NCBI GenBank assembly: GCA_965223705.1
Contig: OZ245015.1
Span: 1,248,001 to 1,312,000, forward strand
Direction of reading: 5' to 3'
From: Myxococcota bacterium
GTDB lineage: Bacteria; Myxococcota_A; UBA9160; UBA6930
Length of the DNA stretch: 64,000 nt
Both the position numbers and the translations under genes were made by a program. Below are positions 48,585 through 56,340 of the stretch, in pieces. Below the pieces are notes generated by a model. It worked only from the letters and a program-made list of their open reading frames with translations. It ran no database searches and was not told where the DNA came from. Each line of letters opens with the position of its first letter. The first letter of the stretch is position 1.

Positions 48585-49130
48585 ATGCACACAGTCCTTG
48601 TTGTGGACGACAGTCCTTCGGCGCGACGGCTGATCGAAGATCGCCTCGCCACAAACGGCCTTGATGTTTGTCCGGCGAGCGACGGACACGAAGCGCTCGA
48701 ATTAATTGCAGAAAGGCATTTCGATCTGATCGTTACTGACCAGCGTATGCCTGGGATTGACGGCCTTAGCCTGGTGGAGCGGGTCCGAACCTTCTCCGCC
48801 GTGCCGATTGTCGTGCTTACCGCCTATCCGACCGTCGAAAAATGTGAGCGAGCGCTTTTGCTAGGTGCTTCGCGATATTTGGACTTGCGCAACCTAGATC
48901 AGCTACCCGTCGTCGCCACGGAGTTGATCGACGGCACTTCGGAGCCTGCTGTGATCGAAGTCGCCCCTGTCACCGTGTCGAGTTCTCGGAAGGCGCGAGA
49001 CGAGGAACTACGCAGCACACTGGAGCGACTGCTCAGAAGGACCCGCGGAAACATAAGCCAAGTAGCGGTATTCCTAAACAAAGACAGGACGACCGTTCTT
49101 TACCACCTGAGGCGACTTGGCCTTTACTAG
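48585..49130 (+). CDS. response regulator (REC + Fis-type HTH, no AAA domain)
   Basis: VLVVDDS, VTDQRMPGIDG, VLTAY; C-terminal RGNISQVA...RTTVLYHLRRLG; TAGAAT -10-like box at 48573. Confidence 0.85.
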   Translation: MHTVLVVDDSPSARRLIEDRLATNGLDVCPASDGHEALELIAERHFDLIVTDQRMPGIDGLSLVERVRTFSAVPIVVLTAYPTVEKCERALLLGASRYLDLRNLDQLPVVATELIDGTSEPAVIEVAPVTVSSSRKARDEELRSTLERLLRRTRGNISQVAVFLNKDRTTVLYHLRRLGLY

Positions 49131-52100
49131 CCTTCTGAGATGGGAGGTGGCACGGCATGGGGTTTTATTGGCGGCGCCTCTAGCATCGCTCTTATTCCTC
49201 ACAGTGGAGACGGGTTTCGTCGGGGTTATGGGGAAATCCCATGGAGATGTTCAGTCATTAAAGAATGACCTAGACACTTACGGTCGCGGATACTCGATTG
49301 TTGCAATGACCGCGCGGACCGACACCAGCAGTGCGCGCGCAGAGCCTTTGCGCGAGGAACTTTCATCACTGGCCGGTGTTTCCGAGGTCACGTTGATCGA
49401 GTCGGCTGCGAACATTGGCTTCCTCATCGAGTTGTCCAACCTCGATCAAGCGGATAGCACGATCTCACATATCGAGACGGTTGGGTCGGAGGTCGGGCTG
49501 CTCTTGTCTGGAACACCGGCAGAATTCGCTATGGCCGGTCGAGAAATAACCGAGATCGGCACGCGGCTTACCGGCGCATTGATCATCGTCGTCCTGGGTG
49601 TCGGGGCCGCGTCTCTTGGGCGGCTCTCCGCACTGGCGATGCTAGCTTGGACTTGCGTCGTTGGCGTTCTCTGGTCGATTGCCGGTTTAGTGTTCGTCGG
49701 ATCTAGCTGGAACGAAGTTTCTCACCTTGGCCCCGTGCTAGTCCTGTGTTTTCTGGTTCCGACCGGTTTCATCTGCCTTCGGTCCGGTCCGGGAGACACC
49801 CACCAGTTTGTTCCTCGCATTAAGGCTCTGTCAGCCGCCTTCGTCATTTGCCTGGCTACCTTTTTTCTCGTCTCTCCACTTGAAGGTTTTCGGTCCGCGG
49901 GCCTCGCGAGCGTGGTCGGAGTTTCATCCGGCCTGTTGGCCTTGGATGCGCGCCGCAGGTTTCGAGGAGAGTTTCGCGATTGGCTTCCTAGTCAGCCCCG
50001 TTCCGGACTACTCGTGGTCGGAGCTTTGGGATTGATCGCTCTCCTGTTTTTCTCTGGGAGAGGGCTGCAAAGTTTCGAGGTTGAGATCGACAAGCTGAGA
50101 CTGATCGGCGAACACACCTCTGTCGCAAGGAATACTGCGACCATCCATGACGCGCTGGGTTTTAGCGAGGTCGCGCACTTTGTGTCCCTAGATAACGGGA
50201 GAGCCGAGTTCTCTTATCGCCTAGTACATGTTCCTCGACAGGGAGACAGGCGAGAGTTTTTGGAGCCTCGTCGAACTGAAGATCTGGGAGTACCCAGTGG
50301 GGCATTTCCTATCTATACGCGGCTAGTGGATGAAGTCGTTTCATCAAGCCGTCTAGTTGCGCTGGGCGCGATTGTCGTCACGTTGGCGTTCGTACCCCTT
50401 CTCCTATGGGGCAAAACGGCTAGCGGGGCTGACCGAGTTGTCCCCGGTGTTTCGATCTTTTTGCCGTTGGCCGCCGGAATAGGTGCATGCGTCGGAGCTT
50501 TGTCACTACTCGGCGGACGAATCGATGTGGGGAGCATGTGGGCCGTGTTCTTGACGGCCGTCTACGCTGGCTTCGGGGCATCGGCTCTCGCAGTGGCTCG
50601 TGATACCTCCACGACTCGCTGTTGTGTGCAAGGACTAACCGAGTCCGGACTAGTGCTGGGCTTCGGGTTCCTCGCTTTCGCGGCGAGCCCGTGGAGAACT
50701 GTTGCGGAGGCTGGGCTCGTCACCGCAGCAGGGGTTGCAGGAACTTCGGTTTCGTTTCTCCTCATTGCCGAGACCTGCTTGGGCACTCGCGGCTCGAACC
50801 TAAAGCGGGCTCGAAGCTTCACGATCGTGATCTTGTTGATTGCTGCGTTCATCGCGGGATTCAAGACCGCGACAGTTGATCCTCAGGTTGTTTGGGAGAA
50901 ATTGACTGGTTTGGGTGCGGTCTTGGTTGCGACCGGGTTGTGGCAGGTGCTGGTTGCACTCAGGACCCCGAGGTCGCAGCATAGTCCGGTCTTAGTCGGG
51001 ATAGGGGGCCTCACTATCTGCGGGGCCGTTCTGCCGGGCTATTTCGTGGCAATTGGTGTGGCCTTCCTCGCTGTGGTCTCGCTGCGCAGATACGCTCCAA
51101 CAGCTCGCGGTGGAGCCAGTTGGGTGCTCATGGCGTGCGTTGCTATCACGTACACCGCTGAGGCCTCGAATGGAGAGAGTTCGGGGCTTATTACTTCACT
51201 GGCAGTCAGCCTGGGCGCACTAGCGTTTATGGCCGGTCAGGTCGAAGAACTGATCCACGGCAAACCGGTATTTCTCCGCGGGCAGGTCATCGTCTCTACA
51301 TTGCTAGCCCTAGCCCCATTGGTCGTATGCGCCGCCGTGCCTCGAATGGATAGCGAGACAGCGTTTCTCGCCGCTGCGGCGCCTGGACTGGGACTCGGTT
51401 TCTCGACTTTGACGTCCGCATGGCGTCGAGGTGGAGAGGGCTTTGAACTCGCTGTTGGTGTAGCCGGAGCGTTCCTTGCGGCGCTCGCTAGTTCCGCACT
51501 CTTGATTGAGTCATCTCCGGCTACCGAACCACTCCTGTCCGCTCTCGCGCCTTTCCTCGCCGTTTTTGGAGGTCTTGCGATATGGCTCCTGCTAAGGCCA
51601 GGTTTTCCCACAGTTTCAGATCAAGTTTCGAATGCCCGGGAGCGCTACTTGGAATCGACAGCGGCCTTGGTCGAGGATCGAGATTTAGCGCTTGCGGCAG
51701 AACAAATCTGCGGAGATCTGATCGGGTATCCAGTATGCGTCGATGTATCACAATGGAAGGCAACTCTCTCAACGTCCGCTGTTGCAGCGGCTGTTGAGGC
51801 CAACGTTGGGAACCTCCAAGCACGGTTAACGGTAGAGGCCCAAAAAGAGCTATCCGCGCTTCAGCGACGTCTATGTAAGTGCGTTTTGGCGGAATGCCTT
51901 AGGAGAATCCAGGCGAGCCGCGCATGCGAAGAGGCTGTCCGCAGCCAGTCCGATACCGCAATTCATGCGCTCACTGAAAGACACGACCTAAGGAAGGCGT
52001 TGCTTGTCGCGGCCGCTTATCTCGAGTCCGACGAGCAAACTCCGGATCGGGTACTTAGAGCAAGGGAGGCAGTCGAGGAGTCTCTAAGATTGGTGGACTA

Positions 52101-52554
52101 CGACGGCAACTTGCCCTTTTTTGAGATGCACGAGCTGCCCTTATCTGTCTTCGTCGCAAGACTCAATCGATTGATGGGGGAGAGGATCCGGCGCGAGACC
52201 GTTACCAGAATAAAATGCGATCCAGATCATACGCTCCTGCCAGAACTTCTCGTCTGGGCAGTTTTGAACCTCGTTGACAACGCCCACGCCGCATACCCGT
52301 CCCACGCGGTTGTGTTGGAATTCGAGAACAACACGAGAGGCCTAGTTATTCGGGTGAAGGATGACGGCAGGGGGATCGCGTCTCGCGTTATCACGAAGAT
52401 TGGACGTGTACTCTTTTCCACACGAAAGAGCTCCGGAGGTACAGGAATTGGTTTGTCAGGGACGCATTCGAAGGTGGCTCGATGTGGAGGAGTGCTCACA
52501 GTGAACTCGGTCGAAGGACAGGGGACGACCGCCGAAATCGTACTGCAAGCGTAA
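49117..52554 (+). CDS. degenerate MMPL/RND domain fused to multi-TM histidine kinase
   Basis: N-half shows two MMPL-like repeats; C-terminus has RHDLRKAL, NLVDNA, DDGRGI, FSTRK..GTGIGL, SVEGQGTT; start uncertain. Confidence 0.7.
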   Translation: MAFTSLLRWEVARHGVLLAAPLASLLFLTVETGFVGVMGKSHGDVQSLKNDLDTYGRGYSIVAMTARTDTSSARAEPLREELSSLAGVSEVTLIESAANIGFLIELSNLDQADSTISHIETVGSEVGLLLSGTPAEFAMAGREITEIGTRLTGALIIVVLGVGAASLGRLSALAMLAWTCVVGVLWSIAGLVFVGSSWNEVSHLGPVLVLCFLVPTGFICLRSGPGDTHQFVPRIKALSAAFVICLATFFLVSPLEGFRSAGLASVVGVSSGLLALDARRRFRGEFRDWLPSQPRSGLLVVGALGLIALLFFSGRGLQSFEVEIDKLRLIGEHTSVARNTATIHDALGFSEVAHFVSLDNGRAEFSYRLVHVPRQGDRREFLEPRRTEDLGVPSGAFPIYTRLVDEVVSSSRLVALGAIVVTLAFVPLLLWGKTASGADRVVPGVSIFLPLAAGIGACVGALSLLGGRIDVGSMWAVFLTAVYAGFGASALAVARDTSTTRCCVQGLTESGLVLGFGFLAFAASPWRTVAEAGLVTAAGVAGTSVSFLLIAETCLGTRGSNLKRARSFTIVILLIAAFIAGFKTATVDPQVVWEKLTGLGAVLVATGLWQVLVALRTPRSQHSPVLVGIGGLTICGAVLPGYFVAIGVAFLAVVSLRRYAPTARGGASWVLMACVAITYTAEASNGESSGLITSLAVSLGALAFMAGQVEELIHGKPVFLRGQVIVSTLLALAPLVVCAAVPRMDSETAFLAAAAPGLGLGFSTLTSAWRRGGEGFELAVGVAGAFLAALASSALLIESSPATEPLLSALAPFLAVFGGLAIWLLLRPGFPTVSDQVSNARERYLESTAALVEDRDLALAAEQICGDLIGYPVCVDVSQWKATLSTSAVAAAVEANVGNLQARLTVEAQKELSALQRRLCKCVLAECLRRIQASRACEEAVRSQSDTAIHALTERHDLRKALLVAAAYLESDEQTPDRVLRAREAVEESLRLVDYDGNLPFFEMHELPLSVFVARLNRLMGERIRRETVTRIKCDPDHTLLPELLVWAVLNLVDNAHAAYPSHAVVLEFENNTRGLVIRVKDDGRGIASRVITKIGRVLFSTRKSSGGTGIGLSGTHSKVARCGGVLTVNSVEGQGTTAEIVLQA

Positions 52555-52610
52555 TGTCTCCACGAAATTCCAGGTTGTGGTCGCCTGAAAGGTGGAACTA
52601 GTTTCGAGGG

Positions 52611-53540
52611 ATGGAAGACCATCTTTGCTCAGGCTCACTAGCAGCTTTCGCCCGCCAGGTCGCAAATTTCGAGATACCGGTGTTGATAACTGGAGAGACC
52701 GGAACTGGAAAGACAACAGCCGCCCAGTCTATTCACAGGCTCTCTGATCGCTCCCACGAGCGTTTCATCCACATAAACTGCGCAAGTATCCCTGAGCAGC
52801 TTGTCGAGGCAGAACTCTTCGGGGTCGAGCGCGGCGCGTTTACCGGGGCAACGGGATCGAGGGCTGGACACCTGGAAATTGCAGGATCCGGGACGATTCT
52901 GTTTGACGAAATAGGGGAGATCTCTCTCCCTGTTCAGGCGAAGCTCCTCCGAGTTCTCGAAGAGGGTGAGTTTGAACGACTGGGCAGCACCCGAACTCGT
53001 CGTTTCTCGGCTCGTGTCATCTCGGCGACTAGTAGAGATTTGAGCAGCGCGATTCAGCGGCGGGAGTTCCGTTCGGATCTGTACTACCGCCTTGCCGGAG
53101 CGGAGGTTGCGTTGCCTCCTCTTCGAGAGAGGCCGGAGGATATAAGGCGCATCGCGCAGTCGGTTTGGGACGCTATGTCGAAACGCTACGGTCGGGCAAA
53201 GGAGGGAGTTCCCGAAGCTGTTATGGCCCAACTCACGTCGTCGGCGTGGCCGGGAAATATTAGAGAGCTGAAGTCGGCCGTTTACCGCGCATTTATCGGC
53301 TTAGATCCCGTTCGCCGCACCGGACCGGCGGGTCACTCGGAGCTAGATGAGCTGTGTGAGGCACTTGCGGCAGCGAGAGGCAATGTTTCACTCGCGGCTC
53401 GCAAGTTGGGAGTTGCGAGAAGCACTTTGAGGTATCGAATGATGAGCTACGGCCTTGACCGAGAGACTTTCCGGCCGGCCGGCCGCTTCACCACCAGGCG
53501 AACGGCCCAGTTCAAAGCGTCTCACCAAGCTTCCGAATAA
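52611..53540 (+). CDS. sigma-54-dependent enhancer-binding protein without N-terminal sensor domain
   Basis: GETGTGKT, ELFGVERGAFTGA, FDEIGE, FRSDLYYRL, WPGNIREL, GNVSLAARKLG. Confidence 0.92.
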   Translation: MEDHLCSGSLAAFARQVANFEIPVLITGETGTGKTTAAQSIHRLSDRSHERFIHINCASIPEQLVEAELFGVERGAFTGATGSRAGHLEIAGSGTILFDEIGEISLPVQAKLLRVLEEGEFERLGSTRTRRFSARVISATSRDLSSAIQRREFRSDLYYRLAGAEVALPPLRERPEDIRRIAQSVWDAMSKRYGRAKEGVPEAVMAQLTSSAWPGNIRELKSAVYRAFIGLDPVRRTGPAGHSELDELCEALAAARGNVSLAARKLGVARSTLRYRMMSYGLDRETFRPAGRFTTRRTAQFKASHQASE

Positions 53541-53937
53541 TCTCACCCCAGCCGCCGTTGTAACTATCCCGGCTTTCCTCAGCATCGAACGCTTCGTGGG
53601 TAAGCGTCAGCTCGGTCTCATCCATCCCGTGCGGCGCGAGTTCGACCGTCACGACGGTCTCCTTCCCTTGCAGCATGTCCGAGCGCCAGGTCATCACGAG
53701 CTTGTTCGGCGGATCGATCTCGATGTATTCGCCTTCTTGCACGTATACACCTTCGCCGTGCATGGCGATGCGCCACTTGCCGCCGACGCGCACGTCGAGG
53801 GTGGCTTCGGCGTGGGTCATGGTGTCGGTGGGGCAGAACCAGGCGCGCATGCCCTCGGCGTCGGTCCACGCATCGAACACGGCCTGAGGCGGCGCGGGAA
53901 GGACGCGCGTGAGTCGGAGGAAGGGTTCCTTAGGCAT
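53512..53937 (-). CDS. SRPBCC/AHSA1 domain protein
   Basis: VFDAWT...W, DVRVGGKWR, GEYIEIDPPNKLVMTW, TELTLTH, GW. Confidence 0.88.
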   Translation of the reverse strand: MPKEPFLRLTRVLPAPPQAVFDAWTDAEGMRAWFCPTDTMTHAEATLDVRVGGKWRIAMHGEGVYVQEGEYIEIDPPNKLVMTWRSDMLQGKETVVTVELAPHGMDETELTLTHEAFDAEESRDSYNGGWGEIIRKLGETL

Positions 53938-54292
53938 CGCGGTTTCCTTTCTTGCGGCGCGGGCGCCGCGGGTCGCGGAGGTGCTCTTCGAGCGCGTCGA
54001 GGCGGGCTTCCCAAAACGCGCGGTAGGTCTCGGTAAATTCCGCGGCCTGCTCGAGCGGGCTCGGCTCGAGGTGGCAGAAGTGCTTGCGCCCGACGACTTC
54101 GCGCCGGATGAGCCCGGCGCGCTCGAGCTGCGCGATGTGTTTCGAGACGGCGGCGAGCGAGATCGCAAAGGGTTTCGCGAGCTCGGTGACGGTGGCTTTG
54201 CCCGCGCGCAGTTGGCTCAAGATGGCGCGCCGGGTCGGGTCGCCCAGGGCCTGAAACGTTCGGTCGAGTGAAGCGGCGGCAGGGGGCGGCAC
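53930..54292 (-). CDS. ArsR/SmtB family regulator
   Basis: FQALGDPTRRAIL, VTELAKPF.IS..AVSKHI..LERAGLI. Confidence 0.9.
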   Translation of the reverse strand: MPPPAAASLDRTFQALGDPTRRAILSQLRAGKATVTELAKPFAISLAAVSKHIAQLERAGLIRREVVGRKHFCHLEPSPLEQAAEFTETYRAFWEARLDALEEHLRDPRRPRRKKGNRDA

Positions 54293-54301
54293 GCGCGAAG
54301 C

Positions 54302-54318
54302 TTAACTCAGTGGTTGAA
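54302..54318. promoter_or_regulatory. probable ArsR autoregulatory operator
   Basis: Imperfect inverted repeat TTAAC-N6-GTTGA in an AT-rich gap just upstream of arsR. Confidence 0.45.
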
Positions 54319-54322
54319 TAAT

Positions 54323-54862
54323 TCACTCGCTCGGTACGGCGGCCTCGGCCTCTTGGCGCAAACGCTTTGCGATCGCGGCGAGCTGCTGCAGGCCGGCGAT
54401 CTCGGGGAAGTCTCGCGCGTAGAAATCGAGCGCGTAGTACGAGACTTCGTGCGTGCGCCCCCGGTAGACGATACGGATGCGCGTGGTCGCAGCGTCCATA
54501 ATTCGGCTCACGCTGCCTCGCGCTCTTTGTTGTGTGCGCACTTCCTCGAGAAGTGCTTCCTCTCGCAGGTCGAAGAAGCCTTGTTCTTCGACGATCCACG
54601 CGGCGAGGGCGGAGAACGTTTCGGGAGGCACGTGCAGCGCGTGGCGGGTGCCGCGGTGCCACACGTGGCCGTGCCCTCGGTGATCGAGGGCGAAGAAGGG
54701 TTCGCGGCGCTCGGTCTTGAGGAGACCGCCGCGTTCGTCGAGCTCGATCCGATCCTCGCCCACGTCAGCATTTCCGGACGCCCATGCAGCAGCGCCTGGC
54801 ACGAAGACGAGCGCGCAAACGCACAGCGCCGCCGCTAGCGAGAATCGGTTGCGGTCGCTCAT
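54323..54862 (-). CDS. hypothetical exported protein
   Basis: Signal-peptide-like MSDRNRFSLAAALCVCALVFVPGAAAWA; fills the gap between arsR and the PEP-CTERM gene. Confidence 0.6.
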   Translation of the reverse strand: MSDRNRFSLAAALCVCALVFVPGAAAWASGNADVGEDRIELDERGGLLKTERREPFFALDHRGHGHVWHRGTRHALHVPPETFSALAAWIVEEQGFFDLREEALLEEVRTQQRARGSVSRIMDAATTRIRIVYRGRTHEVSYYALDFYARDFPEIAGLQQLAAIAKRLRQEAEAAVPSE

Positions 54863-54892
54863 CGGCAGACGATACGCCGTCTTCTCCCCGCA

Positions 54893-54912
54893 CGCGGGGC
54901 CGGCGCCCCGCG
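54893..54912 (-). terminator. GC-rich hairpin immediately after PEP-CTERM stop
   Basis: CGCGGGGC-CGGC-GCCCCGCG; no U-tract, so terminator role is doubtful. Confidence 0.3.
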
Positions 54913-55581
54913 CTAGCGGGCTGTCAACGCGCGCCGGCGCCCCGCGTAACTCATGCCCGCCAATCCGAACGCGACGAGCAGCACCGTCGAGGGCTCGGGC
55001 ACGACGTCCACCTGGATCTCCAGCTGCTGGGGCCCGCCGGGAACCTCGCTCCACGTGGCGCCGCTGTCGATCGAGCCGAGCGTCACATCGCCGATGGCAC
55101 CGGGGCCGTCTTGTCCGGTGCTCAGGGTTTGCTCCCACGTGTACTGGTTCGTGTCCGTCGCGCCCACCGAGGCGACGACCCAATAGAGCGTGCTCGCGGC
55201 GAGTGCGAGCATGCCCGTGTAGAGGTTGTTGCCCGAGGCCGGCGCTCCGCTTCCGGCGAGTGTCAAGAGCAGCGCGCCCGGCATGCCCGGCGTGTCCGTG
55301 TCGTCGGCGTGGATCGACACCATGAATTCGCCCCCACCGGGCGGATTCACCGGCCCGTCCGACAAGATCGTGACCGACTCGAGGACCGACGCGACGCCGA
55401 CGGTGGTAAACGAGACCGCGCGCGTGGTCGGCGTGCCGCTCGGGTGCGACACGCCGTGGACCACGCCCGTTACGTCCGTACCGAAGGTCAGGTTGGACGC
55501 CAGCGTGACCGCTTGCGCTGACCCGGAAAGCCCTGCGAGCCAAGCCGCCGCGACGCCACAGAGGAATGTTTTCGAAAACAT
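54913..55581 (-). CDS. PEP-CTERM (exosortase target) surface protein
   Basis: Signal peptide; C-terminal VPEPSTVLLVAFGLAGMSYAGRRR. Confidence 0.88.
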   Translation of the reverse strand: MFSKTFLCGVAAAWLAGLSGSAQAVTLASNLTFGTDVTGVVHGVSHPSGTPTTRAVSFTTVGVASVLESVTILSDGPVNPPGGGEFMVSIHADDTDTPGMPGALLLTLAGSGAPASGNNLYTGMLALAASTLYWVVASVGATDTNQYTWEQTLSTGQDGPGAIGDVTLGSIDSGATWSEVPGGPQQLEIQVDVVPEPSTVLLVAFGLAGMSYAGRRRALTAR

Positions 55582-55694
55582 GGAGGATTCCCCGTTTCTT
55601 CCCAGCGCACGTCATGTGCACTTTGTGTGAAGAAATTAGTTGGGAATTCCCTACGACGCTTTCTGGTGTTTAGATTCGCTCCCCTTGGGGTCGG

Positions 55695-56330
55695 CTAGAG
55701 CGGGCTCGCGGCGCCCACATACTGGTACCGGACGAGCGAGACGCCGGGGATCGGCGGCGGACGATCGAGATCGACGCCGCTCGACTGCTCGACCTTGAAG
55801 CCCGTCCGGGCGAGAAGCTCCGGCGGGTTCCGCGTGAGCTGGCAGCCGCCGAAGGCCGCGGCCCACGGCCGGGCGAACCGTTGCTGCCAGCGCTGGCGAC
55901 TGAGGGTTGGCGCGAGCCCGTGCTCGGCGAAGAGAAGCTGCCCGTCGGGCTTGAGCACACGCCGCATCTCTCCGAGCGCGCGTTCGACGTCGGGGATCGT
56001 GCACAGCGTGTACGCGACGACGATGGTGTCGACGCTTCGGTCGTCGAGGGGGATCTCCTCACCGCGGAGCGGCACGTGCTCGATGGGGAAGCTCATCTCG
56101 GCTTCGCGCTTCGCCGCGAGCGAGAACGCGCCGCTCGCCGGATCGAGGGCCACCAGCTCGTCGACACGAGCGCTGTCGTACCAGGGCAGGTTCGTGCCGC
56201 TGCCGTAACCGACTTCGAGCACGCGCCCGCGCGCTTCGGGCACCACTTTCGCGCGCTGCTCCGAGAACGCGCGGTGGCCGCAAATGTGATCGATGATGCG
56301 GGGGAGGATGTGGTTTTCGTAGAAGTTCAT
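55695..56330 (-). CDS. class I SAM-dependent methyltransferase
   Basis: VLEVGYGSG, TLCTIPD, RRVLKPDGQLLFAEHG. Confidence 0.9.
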   Translation of the reverse strand: MNFYENHILPRIIDHICGHRAFSEQRAKVVPEARGRVLEVGYGSGTNLPWYDSARVDELVALDPASGAFSLAAKREAEMSFPIEHVPLRGEEIPLDDRSVDTIVVAYTLCTIPDVERALGEMRRVLKPDGQLLFAEHGLAPTLSRQRWQQRFARPWAAAFGGCQLTRNPPELLARTGFKVEQSSGVDLDRPPPIPGVSLVRYQYVGAASPL

Positions 56331-56340
56331 TGCAGGCTCC

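Larger units (their letters stand above)
48449..53620. other. lower-GC block with atypical codon usage
   Basis: Hand counts of 60-nt lines give 50% (49201) and 60% (51001) GC versus 75% (47041); many CTA/TTA/ATA/AGA codons; no integrase or att site seen. Confidence 0.8.

Noticed and set aside
49148..49165. TGGCACG, possible sigma-54 -24 element
   Set aside because: No TTGC at -12 and it lies inside the kinase ORF.
48449..53620. Prophage, IS or integrative element
   Set aside because: No integrase, transposase, phage gene, tRNA or terminal repeats seen.
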